A stretch of DNA of 64,000 nt from a bacterium. Its GTDB lineage: Bacteria > Calditrichota > Calditrichia > RBG-13-44-9. This document shows positions 10,525-19,466 of the stretch, in pieces (the first letter of the stretch is position 1; each line of letters begins with the position of its first letter). Under the pieces are notes generated by a model. It worked only from the letters and a program-made list of their open reading frames with translations. It was not told where the DNA came from and did no database searches. The position numbers were made by a program, and so were the translations under genes. The stretch spans positions 3,624,381 through 3,688,380 of the forward strand of contig CP070707.1 of the NCBI GenBank assembly GCA_020350205.1, in the 5' to 3' direction.

Positions 10525-11226
10525 TTGGAGGAATTATTGGTGGATCCGCAAATCCAGCAACTTCTTGACATTATCCGCCCCCAAATATCTCCCGCCCAGC
10601 AGCAGCAATTAATGCAATATGCCGATTTATTACAGCAATACAATCAAAAATTAAACCTGATTTCTCGCCGGGATATACCCCGGGTCTGGGAAAATCATAT
10701 TTTTCCTTCTATTTTGGCGAATAGTTTTGTAGATTTTCCTTTGGGAGCGGCGGTTGCGGATTTGGGAAGCGGCGGAGGTTTACCAGGAATTCCCCTTAAA
10801 ATTATCCGTCCGGACTTAAAGCTTGTACTAATTGATTCATCGCGCAAAAAAACCGCCTTTCTCAGACAGGTTGTCTATCTGCTAGGAATAAAACAGTCCG
10901 AAGTGTTGCAGGCCAGATTGACACCACGGGAGATTAATGACATGCTGAGGAATCGATTCAAGGTGGTAATGGCCAGGGCGGTGGCCGGATTCCGTGAACT
11001 CTGGGAGCTGTCCGGCCCGCTACTGGAAAAGAATGGCTTCATGCTGACCTGGAAAGGGGAAAGTGATCTCACAGAATTGCAGCAGCTGGCGCCCCAGATC
11101 AATATCCGGTATCAGGTCGGGCGCATTCCGGAGGAGTTCTGGAAATTTTCTCCCAAACTGTCACAGTTGTGTTTTGTACAAATCTGGCCGGAGTACAGTT
11201 CTCCAGAAAGTGGAAATCACGTTTAA
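10525..11226 (+). CDS. rsmG: 16S rRNA (guanine527-N7)-methyltransferase RsmG (GidB)
   Basis: SAM-binding DLGSGGGLPGIPLKI motif and RsmG layout. TTG start. Follows mnmG as in the gidA-gidB pair. Confidence 0.85.
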   Translation: MEELLVDPQIQQLLDIIRPQISPAQQQQLMQYADLLQQYNQKLNLISRRDIPRVWENHIFPSILANSFVDFPLGAAVADLGSGGGLPGIPLKIIRPDLKLVLIDSSRKKTAFLRQVVYLLGIKQSEVLQARLTPREINDMLRNRFKVVMARAVAGFRELWELSGPLLEKNGFMLTWKGESDLTELQQLAPQINIRYQVGRIPEEFWKFSPKLSQLCFVQIWPEYSSPESGNHV

Positions 11227-11278
11227 TATCATGTGAGTATGCTCGGGTGGATCCCGAATCACTGAGAAAGAATTCAAA

Positions 11279-12271
11279 ATGACCAAGATTGTATCTTTTA
11301 TTATTCAAAAGGGAGGGTGTGGAAAAACCACTACCACGGTGAATACGGCCGGCTATCTGTCCCTGCAGGGATTTAAAGTACTGTGTGTGGACATGGATCC
11401 CCAGGGAAATATGACCCAGCATTTCGGCTATGACAGTGAAATGCTGGATGCTACCATACTCGATTTATTTAATAAAAAGAGAACCCTGGATGAGGTCATT
11501 CTGCACCGGGACCAGAATCTTCACCTTCTCCCCAATAATCTGAGAACCGCTGGTGCTGAATCCGAGCTTCAAAAAAGACCAGATCGTGACTATCTGTTAC
11601 GGGATTCCCTGCTCACCGGAATATCTTCCTATGATTATGTCTTGATTGACTGCCCGCCGACGCTGGGCTTGTTTTCCGTCAATGCCCTCGCGACCTCCGG
11701 CGAATTTGTGTTGGTGGTCTCTCCGGAATTTCTCCCCATGAAGGCGATTAAACCGCTCTATGAAACATTCCGCACCGTAAAATACCAGCTTAACCACACT
11801 CTGCAATTCAATGGTATTATGATGACGATGTGTGATTTCCGGACTCGACACAGCCAGGAGGTACTCGAAATATTGAAGCGGAATTTTCCCCAGAAGCTCT
11901 ATCACGCCTTTATTCGAAATAATGTCAGCCTGAAAGAAGCTGCGGCCTACGGACAAACGATTTTTGAATATAGTCCACAATCTCTGGGTGCATTTGATTA
12001 TCAGAATTTTGCCGAGGAATTTATTCGCGATCATCATAAAAACAGGTCCAAACGTAAATACTATCAGGATACCTTTGATCGACTTACCAAGGAGGAAAAG
12101 CATCAAATTTTGATGATTGCCAAAAACAACCTTTCGGCTTATGTACGCAGTAATCTGGAAAAGATTCCCGGCAGCAAAGTCATAAAAGAATCTTTAAGAA
12201 TTGAACGAAATAAGATTTTAGAAAACCTGTTTCCGTATCGGATTCATGCAAAGCTAGAGCAGCAACAATGA
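11279..12271 (+). CDS. ParA/Soj-family P-loop ATPase with an 80-aa C-terminal extension
   Basis: Deviant Walker A KGGCGKTTTTVN and VDMDPQGN motif. 330 aa, against about 250 aa for canonical ParA. No parB follows. Confidence 0.8.
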   Translation: MTKIVSFIIQKGGCGKTTTTVNTAGYLSLQGFKVLCVDMDPQGNMTQHFGYDSEMLDATILDLFNKKRTLDEVILHRDQNLHLLPNNLRTAGAESELQKRPDRDYLLRDSLLTGISSYDYVLIDCPPTLGLFSVNALATSGEFVLVVSPEFLPMKAIKPLYETFRTVKYQLNHTLQFNGIMMTMCDFRTRHSQEVLEILKRNFPQKLYHAFIRNNVSLKEAAAYGQTIFEYSPQSLGAFDYQNFAEEFIRDHHKNRSKRKYYQDTFDRLTKEEKHQILMIAKNNLSAYVRSNLEKIPGSKVIKESLRIERNKILENLFPYRIHAKLEQQQ

Positions 12272-13065
12272 AGCCATTGTTAATTCTGATATTCATGGTA
12301 AAACCACTTGTGAGCGCTTTTGAATACAGCGGATCAGATGTGATACTTCAGGGATCCTCTGAAAGTGTAGTAGCCTCGGATCATCTGTATTCCGCCTACT
12401 TAATCAATCCTGCCAGCTCAGCCATGGTTGATAAATACCAGCTGGGTATACTTTATTTTCATCCCTTTGGGTTATCCGAAGTCCATTACGGCGGCCTCAT
12501 CGGTCAGGTGAGAGCGGGCAACTTCGGAAGCGGATTAACCATAACAAGCTTCGGGAATGAATTATATCAGGAGAATCAACTGGTTGGCAACATTGCACGG
12601 GCATTCTTTAATACGCGTCTGTCAGTAGGTTTAAATCTGCGCTGGAAATATCTGACCGTACAGAACTATTTTTCCTCACATCAATTTGGGATTGACGCGG
12701 GCATTCAATATTTCCTGCATCCCGGAATTCTGATGGGATTTTCAATACAAAACCTGAACCAACCTTCCCGGATGCAGGAAGAAAATCCCCTGATCACCCG
12801 CTGGGGAATGGCCATTCGCCTGGGGGAAAATTTCCACACTTATTTTTCTTTTGAAAAGGACAGCTGGTTTCCGGCCAGTCTTCGGATTGGAATAGAAGCC
12901 CGGGTCAGCAGGATGTTGACCTTGCACAGCGGGATGAGCAGTTATCCCGCGGTACCATCACTGGGAATGACCCTGCGCAGAAATATGGTTGCTATTCACT
13001 ATGCATTTCAGTATCATTTTGATCTGGGAGGAACCCATTTTTGGGGAATATCTTTGAGACCATGA
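12268..13065 (+). CDS. Hypothetical outer-membrane beta-barrel protein
   Basis: Signal peptide. Alternating hydrophobic/aromatic beta-strand pattern and a C-terminal aromatic-rich strand. Its ATG overlaps the parA-like stop (ATGA), so it is translationally coupled. Confidence 0.5.
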   Translation: MKPLLILIFMVKPLVSAFEYSGSDVILQGSSESVVASDHLYSAYLINPASSAMVDKYQLGILYFHPFGLSEVHYGGLIGQVRAGNFGSGLTITSFGNELYQENQLVGNIARAFFNTRLSVGLNLRWKYLTVQNYFSSHQFGIDAGIQYFLHPGILMGFSIQNLNQPSRMQEENPLITRWGMAIRLGENFHTYFSFEKDSWFPASLRIGIEARVSRMLTLHSGMSSYPAVPSLGMTLRRNMVAIHYAFQYHFDLGGTHFWGISLRP

Positions 13066-13069
13066 GAAA

Positions 13070-14248
13070 ATGATGATGAAGAGGTTATCAAAAATTTGTC
13101 TGGTAATGGTATGTGCCTGCCTTATCCAGGCCCAGGATAACGTCGACCAGATGCAGCAAGAACTGGAGATTATCCAGAAGGAAATCACGGATTTACAGAA
13201 AAAATTGACCACGCAGGATAATCAGCTGAAGATTGAAACAAAATCCGTGGCAAATATTGACAGACAAATAACGCTAACTCATAGTAAAATAACAATTAAC
13301 AAGTCCAGTATCTCTGAACAAGAGAACCGGATTGCCTCTCTGGAAAAACAGGTCGATGTGCTGGAGAAAAGGATAGCAGCCCTGCAGGGTGTATTTAAAC
13401 AACAGGTGGTTTTTGCTTACAAATATCAACGCGGGAAACAGTATGACTGGTTACTGGGAGCAAGCAGTTTTAACGAGGTATTTGTAAAATATCATTATTT
13501 TAAAAAGGTAACTCAGGCCGAAAAGAGTATTTTTCAGGAATTATCCAGTTCCAAAGTAGCCCTTACCGAAAAGGAAAACCGACTGAATCTTGAAGTTGCC
13601 AAAACCCAGAAACTGCTGGCGGCTGCGACGCAGGAAGAGAAAAATTTAAGCGAGCGGCGCAAAACCAAATCCCTGGTTATCAAGAAAATTAGACAGAACC
13701 GGAATTTACTAGAGCAATCGCTGGAAGAGAAAAAGCAAAGCCTGGAGAAATTGAAAAATATATTAGCTTCTCTTGAAAAAGGGCGTCCAAGCCGCCAATT
13801 GCAGGTTGAAACACAGCTGAAATGGGAACAACTATCGGGGGACTTCTTAAAAAATAAGGGAAAATTTAATTGGCCGGTGCAGGGGAAGTTATTACATGGA
13901 TTTGGTCGGATAAAAAATCCCGAATTAAAAACAGTACTCAATAATACCGGCATTGACATTCAGGCTCAGCGCGGTGACCATGTGCGCTGTGTTTTCCCGG
14001 GGGTCGTCAGCCTAATTACCTATATGAGTGGATTTGGAAATATGGTAATTGTCGATCATAATGATGGATTTTACACGGTCTATGCTCATCTAGATGAAGT
14101 AAGGGTGAAATCCGGAGAGTTTGTTGATGGTGGTCGCCCGGTTGGGCTGGTGGGAGAGAGCGGATCTCTGGAGGGTCCGAAATTACACTTTGAAATTTAT
14201 GGAAATAATAAAAATCTTAATCCACTGAGCTGGCTGAAGAAAAAATAA
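13070..14248 (+). CDS. Peptidase M23 family protein with a long N-terminal coiled-coil (EnvC-like murein hydrolase activator)
   Basis: Signal peptide, about 250 aa of heptad-rich coiled coil, then a C-terminal LytM/M23 domain (GIDIQAQRGDHVRCVFPGVV...KLHFEIY). Confidence 0.8.
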   Translation: MMMKRLSKICLVMVCACLIQAQDNVDQMQQELEIIQKEITDLQKKLTTQDNQLKIETKSVANIDRQITLTHSKITINKSSISEQENRIASLEKQVDVLEKRIAALQGVFKQQVVFAYKYQRGKQYDWLLGASSFNEVFVKYHYFKKVTQAEKSIFQELSSSKVALTEKENRLNLEVAKTQKLLAAATQEEKNLSERRKTKSLVIKKIRQNRNLLEQSLEEKKQSLEKLKNILASLEKGRPSRQLQVETQLKWEQLSGDFLKNKGKFNWPVQGKLLHGFGRIKNPELKTVLNNTGIDIQAQRGDHVRCVFPGVVSLITYMSGFGNMVIVDHNDGFYTVYAHLDEVRVKSGEFVDGGRPVGLVGESGSLEGPKLHFEIYGNNKNLNPLSWLKKK

Positions 14249-14375
14249 TTTCTTTTTCGGATCGGCCTGGAAAAATCTTGTTTTTTATGGCGCAATATTT
14301 TAAAATTAAATGCCGGCAGTATCGGCAGTATCATCAAATCACTTCATGTTTAACTTTATTTTAACGGAGGGATGT

Positions 14376-14810
14376 ATGTCTAGAGGAACGGTTAACAAAG
14401 TCCTATTAATAGGCAGATTGGGTGCAGACCCGGAAGTACGCTATGCGCCAAGTGGAAGCGCGGTAGCGAATTTCAACCTGGCAACTAATCGCTCCTACAA
14501 AGACAAGGAGGGAGGTGTTCAGGAACAGACCGATTGGCATAAGATTGTTGCATGGAGCCGATTGGCGGAATTTGCCAAGCAATATTTGCACAAAGGAATG
14601 CGCGTCTATGTGGAGGGGCGGGTGCAATATCGTGAATGGCAAGATCAGAATGGTGTTAAAAGATATGGTACGGATATCGTTGCCAACGATATTCAGATGC
14701 TGGATTCTCTTGGTTCTCGGACGGACTCAGAAACAACGGATACCCTTGAGGAGGATTTACAGCTTCCCGAGGATTCAGAGCCCGCAGAAGATGATTCGGT
14801 ACCCTTTTAA
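14376..14810 (+). CDS. ssb: Single-stranded DNA-binding protein
   Basis: OB-fold N-terminus [18 protein letters not shown]. Acidic C-terminal tail ending DDSVPF. GGAGGG ribosome-binding site. Start taken at ATG 14376 rather than the longer upstream ORF. Confidence 0.9.
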   Translation: MSRGTVNKVLLIGRLGADPEVRYAPSGSAVANFNLATNRSYKDKEGGVQEQTDWHKIVAWSRLAEFAKQYLHKGMRVYVEGRVQYREWQDQNGVKRYGTDIVANDIQMLDSLGSRTDSETTDTLEEDLQLPEDSEPAEDDSVPF

Positions 14811-14819
14811 ACAAAACGG

Positions 14820-14851
14820 AAGCTCCCGAAGAGATAGTCGCGAGCTTTTTT
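14820..14851 (+). terminator. Putative intrinsic terminator after ssb
   Basis: AAGCTC...GAGCTT stem followed by a T6 run, 10 nt after the ssb stop. Coordinates are within a few nt. Confidence 0.45.
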
Positions 14852-14914
14852 AAAGATTACGGGTTAAAAATTGTATAAAGTTCAAACCGGGATATCGTTG
14901 GAGTTTTAAAGAGC

Positions 14915-15565
14915 ATGAAAAAATATTACCTTTCTGCACTAATTCTCATCCTTCTAATGACATTTCCGCAATCTTCCGTTTATTCACAGTATGAGGAAAT
15001 ACCACCCCAGCACTTAAATGAATATGGGGCCGGAATCACCCTGGCCATGTCAGGATTCGGCCTGGGAGGATTTTATCGTCTTGCTTTTCCCAATTTTTTT
15101 CATGTTGGCGCCAGTGTTGATTTTTTCATGATGCGCGATGAATTTGAGTTTACCTATTATGATTACTATGGTGTTCCCCGCCAGTTTAATAAGTTTAACC
15201 GGTTGTTTATTATTCCCTTAAGCATTGAGCTTAAACGCCGGTTATTCCAGAATTCCATTGAAGAAAGTTTTAGACCGTATGTGGTTGGTCTGGGGGGATT
15301 GACATTCGGGATGAATTTTCCGCGTGCAAATGAACTCGAACGCAGCCAGTTGCCCCCGGAAGAGCAGGAAAGATTACCCACAGAGGATGAGTACCGCTTA
15401 TCATTTAATGTCGGGCTGGGCATTGGTATTGATTTTACCAGCAATGAATCCTATTATGTTTCTATTCGGCCACAGTTTCGCCTGATCTATTTCCCGGAGC
15501 CTATTGCGGGAAAATCAAATCACTCAACATTTGAAATTAGATTGGAGTTGGGGAAACGAAAATAA
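14915..15565 (+). CDS. Hypothetical secreted/outer-membrane protein
   Basis: Signal peptide MKKYYLSALILILLMTFPQSSVYSQ. Gly/aromatic-rich beta-strand-like segments. No recognisable family. Confidence 0.5.
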   Translation: MKKYYLSALILILLMTFPQSSVYSQYEEIPPQHLNEYGAGITLAMSGFGLGGFYRLAFPNFFHVGASVDFFMMRDEFEFTYYDYYGVPRQFNKFNRLFIIPLSIELKRRLFQNSIEESFRPYVVGLGGLTFGMNFPRANELERSQLPPEEQERLPTEDEYRLSFNVGLGIGIDFTSNESYYVSIRPQFRLIYFPEPIAGKSNHSTFEIRLELGKRK

Positions 15566-15844
15566 TTACCGCAAGGTGTCCCCATGAAAATGTTTTATAA
15601 ATTGCTGTTCAATCCTGAAAAGGAGAAACGGTTTTTTTATAGAATCTACAAGATGAAAAAATCCAGTCTCTCCGCCTGGTACAGACGTCATACCCAGAAT
15701 CTGAAACATGCCGGACTGGGTGGAAAAAGTCATATCTTTGGTAAAGGACATATCCCCTGGAATCGTAAAGGACGCTGGTAAAATCAGCGATAACATCATT
15801 TTTTAAGATGTGAGTCCCGTGATTTAGAAAGGTTACAAAGGTAT

Positions 15845-17002
15845 TCAGGCAGTTATAATTCGGGGTATCTGCCAGTTCAGGCGGGTGGTAAATTCATAGT
15901 TAATGGTTCCGCAAAGCCCGGCGAGATAATCAACCTGGAGATGGTTGTCCCCGTCTCGACCAATTAAAGTCACCACATCCTCCAGCATTACCTCCGGAAT
16001 ATCAGTAACATCAACCATGAATAAGTTCATACAAATTCTCCCGCGTACCGGAGCACGTTTTCCGTGAATAAGCACGTACCCCCGGTTACTCAAATCCCGG
16101 TCATACCCCTCTGCATAACCAATGGGCAGGACGGCAATCCGCGAAGGACGGGTGGTTTGATAGGTCCCTCCATATCCGATATTCTGATTTGATGCGACCT
16201 CTTTGAGCTGAGCTACCCGGGTTTTCCAGCTTAATACCGGCCTCAAAATATTTTCACCGTTTTTGCTGTGCTTCATTTTATAGGAGACGAAGGTTTCTCT
16301 GGAGGGCCAAAGGCCGTATTGACTGATTCCAAGACGAACCATGTCAAAATAGGTTTCCCGGAAAAGCAAAACCGCAGCGGAGCAGGCGGTATGACATTTT
16401 ATATCCCCGAAACCGAAATCCTTAATGGTCTTTGCCATTTTCTTAAATAAGGACAGTTGGCGGAATGCATATTCATGGTTGGTTGTATCTTCGATATTTG
16501 CGAAATGGGTATATGCCCCGTCGACGTGTATGAAGGATTCATTTTTCAGAAGCCTGAGAAATTCAGGCAGGTCAGTCTCGGCAATTCCCTGACGATAAGT
16601 GCCAGTTTCCAATTTTAGATGAACCCTAACCGGCTTTTTTAACTCCCGGGTGATTTTTTTCAGGCCCATCAGCACTTCTTTATTGTAGAGTATGAGTCGG
16701 AAATTATTTTCAACCACCTCTTTCAAGCGGCTCCTCATGACCGGACCCATAATGAGAATATCCTGTTTAAATCCGTTTCGGTGTAAATGAAGAGCCTCAT
16801 CAAGTGCATGGACACAAAAGGAATCTGCTCCGTGTTCGACGGCCAGCCGGGCAATCTCCAATATACCATGCCCGTATGCGTTTGATTTTAACACCACTGA
16901 AAATTCGGTGTGTTTGGGAAGTCGCTGCTTGAAAAAGGTTAAATTTTTAGAATATGCCGATTCGGAAATTTCCAACCAGGTCGTGAGGTCTTTTTTGTCC
17001 AT
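15845..17002 (-). CDS. alr: Alanine racemase
   Basis: PLP-lysine motif VLKSNAYGHG and a C-terminal beta-domain. 385 aa. Confidence 0.85.
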   Translation of the reverse strand: MDKKDLTTWLEISESAYSKNLTFFKQRLPKHTEFSVVLKSNAYGHGILEIARLAVEHGADSFCVHALDEALHLHRNGFKQDILIMGPVMRSRLKEVVENNFRLILYNKEVLMGLKKITRELKKPVRVHLKLETGTYRQGIAETDLPEFLRLLKNESFIHVDGAYTHFANIEDTTNHEYAFRQLSLFKKMAKTIKDFGFGDIKCHTACSAAVLLFRETYFDMVRLGISQYGLWPSRETFVSYKMKHSKNGENILRPVLSWKTRVAQLKEVASNQNIGYGGTYQTTRPSRIAVLPIGYAEGYDRDLSNRGYVLIHGKRAPVRGRICMNLFMVDVTDIPEVMLEDVVTLIGRDGDNHLQVDYLAGLCGTINYEFTTRLNWQIPRIITA

Positions 17003-17132
17003 ATTATGTTCTTTTTAACTGTTCTGCCCCTGTCTTCACGTATAATACATAAAGCATAATGATATATATCGGAAGAATTGTCTGAATTATGATGTTTATA
17101 ATACAAATAGCCTTAAACCATGAGATACCATA

Positions 17133-17564
17133 TTATATGGATAGTCCAAATACCAGCCCAATCATCATTCCGTAAATGATATGGGCAAAAAAATGAACAA
17201 TCGCCACTTGAAAACTGGCACTCTGAAACTTCTCCACCGGGTGATGCTCGGCAAGAATAACCATGACGAAACTGAATGCAAACCCATGGGCAAATCCGAT
17301 CACCCCGCCCGCGATAACCAGAGAGTCTATTTCTTTAAGTTGTAATAAATTTAAAGCAAAGATATACAAATAGGCAAAGAAGATTCCCGATATAAGTTGT
17401 ATAATCAATCCCGGCCACAGCGAGGTTTCTACAGAGCGGGTGAGGGCGCTTCCGACTGCCCGCACCATATTGGCATTCACTTTTCCGGTTTTATCAATTA
17501 ACCAGAGCAGAAAGGTCATTCCTGCGGTCGCTATAAGTCCTGCTTCTATTGCTATCAATAACAT
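17133..17564 (-). CDS. Hypothetical small integral membrane protein
   Basis: 143 aa, 4 predicted TM helices, no known motif. Confidence 0.45.
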   Translation of the reverse strand: MLLIAIEAGLIATAGMTFLLWLIDKTGKVNANMVRAVGSALTRSVETSLWPGLIIQLISGIFFAYLYIFALNLLQLKEIDSLVIAGGVIGFAHGFAFSFVMVILAEHHPVEKFQSASFQVAIVHFFAHIIYGMMIGLVFGLSI

Positions 17565-17884
17565 GGCGGGTCTCCTGCAGAGTATTTCTCAATATAGTAC
17601 GATTTTGGGGACATTCAAATCTTAAATCCGGACAGGTCAAGAATTATGGCCAAACATATCTGGATAATTTCTGGCAATCTTTATCTATATTAGATTAACC
17701 TTCATTATTTAATCTAATTGTAAACAACTCTAGTCAGAATAATATTGCAAAATTTGTTTCTATCACGGGGTAAATCGTTTAAATTTTTGAGCGCTTTTTG
17801 ACAAACGTCCTATGCAAGTTTTTGTTATCCTGTTCTGGTAGTAGAGTTTATTTGTTTAGAATTTTTTCAGGGCTTACTTCAAGT

Positions 17885-18391
17885 ATGAATTTCTACCGTA
17901 CTCTGATCGTTTGTATTGTATTCATTCAGGTGGTTTCTCTTCTGTCCCAAGACAGCACGCTTTTCCAATTCCAGATGGAGGATCAGTTCAGCGAAGATCA
18001 TCAATATAAAGATTATATCGGAAAAGTTTTGATTATTGTGGGGAGTGATCGTGAGGGAAGTCGCTATAATGAAATCTGGAGCTTTGCCATACACGATTCT
18101 TTGAAGATTTATCAATTACAGGATAGTGTGACCTTTATTGCCGTGGCGAATGTAAAAGGTGTTCCGCGTTTGTTGCGGGGTTTTGTAAGAGGAAAATTTC
18201 CCCGCCAGAAGAATCATCGGATATTGATGGACTGGAAGGGAGAATTTGCCAGGACATATCAGTATGAACCTGAGGCGACGAATATTCTGCTGATTGACAG
18301 GGAAGGCAAACTATTACACCAATTACATGGCACCCAGTTGAGGCCGGAAGCTGTAAGCCGGATTGTGAGTAAAATAGTGGTTCTTTTTTAA
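17885..18391 (+). CDS. Hypothetical secreted protein
   Basis: Signal peptide starting at MNFYRTLIVCIVFIQVVSLLSQ, the internal ATG of the longer ORF 17798..18391. No recognisable family. Confidence 0.45.
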   Translation: MNFYRTLIVCIVFIQVVSLLSQDSTLFQFQMEDQFSEDHQYKDYIGKVLIIVGSDREGSRYNEIWSFAIHDSLKIYQLQDSVTFIAVANVKGVPRLLRGFVRGKFPRQKNHRILMDWKGEFARTYQYEPEATNILLIDREGKLLHQLHGTQLRPEAVSRIVSKIVVLF

Positions 18392-18694
18392 TCTCCGTTG
18401 TCAGAATTAACTGTTTTATCTGGTTCTTTATAATTTTCCCAAATTTTCATATTTTATTATTTGTTTCAATTTTTGTAAAATTTTGTTTATTATGGTTTAA
18501 AATAAATAAGTTGAGAAGGTCACAACTGCCGGGTAAAGCAGGCTTTGGAGCGCGAATTTGCTGGAGGCAAAAGTTCAGAAGCAACTTCATATTAAGATCA
18601 TACCACCGATTATTCAGGGAAACACGAAAGTTTCCGTAAAACCAAGAATTCCCGTGAAGCGGGCTTTCCGCGCCCGTTCCAAGGAGAAAACGAT

Positions 18695-19450
18695 ATGACC
18701 ATGTTTATGAAGGGTGCAGAGCCTGTATTTCTCAAGGGGAGTGATATTGGATTTCTTTTCATTCATGGATTTACAGCGTCTCCTTATGAGGGGCGGGAAA
18801 TGGCACACTGGCTTCATCAAAAACTTGGATTTACGGTATCGGTCCCCTTGCTTCCCGGGCATGGTACCCGCCCGGACGATTTACAGGGGGTGACCTGGCA
18901 GGATTGGTATGGATTTGTAGAAAACCAATTTCTTGACCTCAAAAACACCTGCCGACAAGTTTTTGTTTGTGGTCAGAGCATGGGTGCCGCTCTGGCTTTG
19001 CGTCTCTCGGCAAACCGAAGTTGCCAGGGAATTATAAGTCTTGCGGGTGCGGTATTTTTGAAAGATTGGCGTCTTTTGCTGCTTCCCCTGGCCCGGCATA
19101 TCGTCACTTACCATTATAAATCCAAAGGCCCCGATATCAGGGATAAAAAACGCAAAGCCGAAATTCCAAACTATCCGAAATATCCGGTCCGCTCAGTCGA
19201 CCAATTATTGGCGCTTTTTGAACAGGTCCGAAACGATCTTCCTGGCGTAAATGCACCCGCGCTCCTGATTCACTCCCGCAAAGACAGAACAATTCATTTT
19301 AGCAACTTACAATATATTTATGATCACATTGGCTCCTCCAGCAAGGAGATGGTCGTTTTAGAAGAATCTTATCACGTCATCAGTATTGATATTGAAAGAG
19401 AACTGGTCTTCGAACGCATTGAACGTTTTATAAATAAGAACATGTTATGA
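18695..19450 (+). CDS. Alpha/beta-hydrolase fold carboxylesterase
   Basis: HGFTASP oxyanion region and GQSMGAALA nucleophile elbow (GxSxG). 251 aa. Confidence 0.75.
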   Translation: MTMFMKGAEPVFLKGSDIGFLFIHGFTASPYEGREMAHWLHQKLGFTVSVPLLPGHGTRPDDLQGVTWQDWYGFVENQFLDLKNTCRQVFVCGQSMGAALALRLSANRSCQGIISLAGAVFLKDWRLLLLPLARHIVTYHYKSKGPDIRDKKRKAEIPNYPKYPVRSVDQLLALFEQVRNDLPGVNAPALLIHSRKDRTIHFSNLQYIYDHIGSSSKEMVVLEESYHVISIDIERELVFERIERFINKNML

Positions 19451-19466
19451 TTAACGGAGTAATCAC

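Noticed and set aside
14515-14853. Alternative-frame 112-aa ORF overlapping ssb
   Set aside because: It overlaps the conserved ssb reading frame and has no recognisable motif, so it is a frame artefact.
15584-15781. 65-aa basic ORF (MKMFYKLLFNPEKEKRFFYRIYKMKK...GKGHIPWNRKGRW) in the gap between the hypothetical outer-membrane protein and alr
   Set aside because: No ribosome-binding site and no family match I can place. It overlaps a 77-aa minus-strand ORF of similar quality. It might be a remnant or a small basic protein, but the evidence is insufficient.
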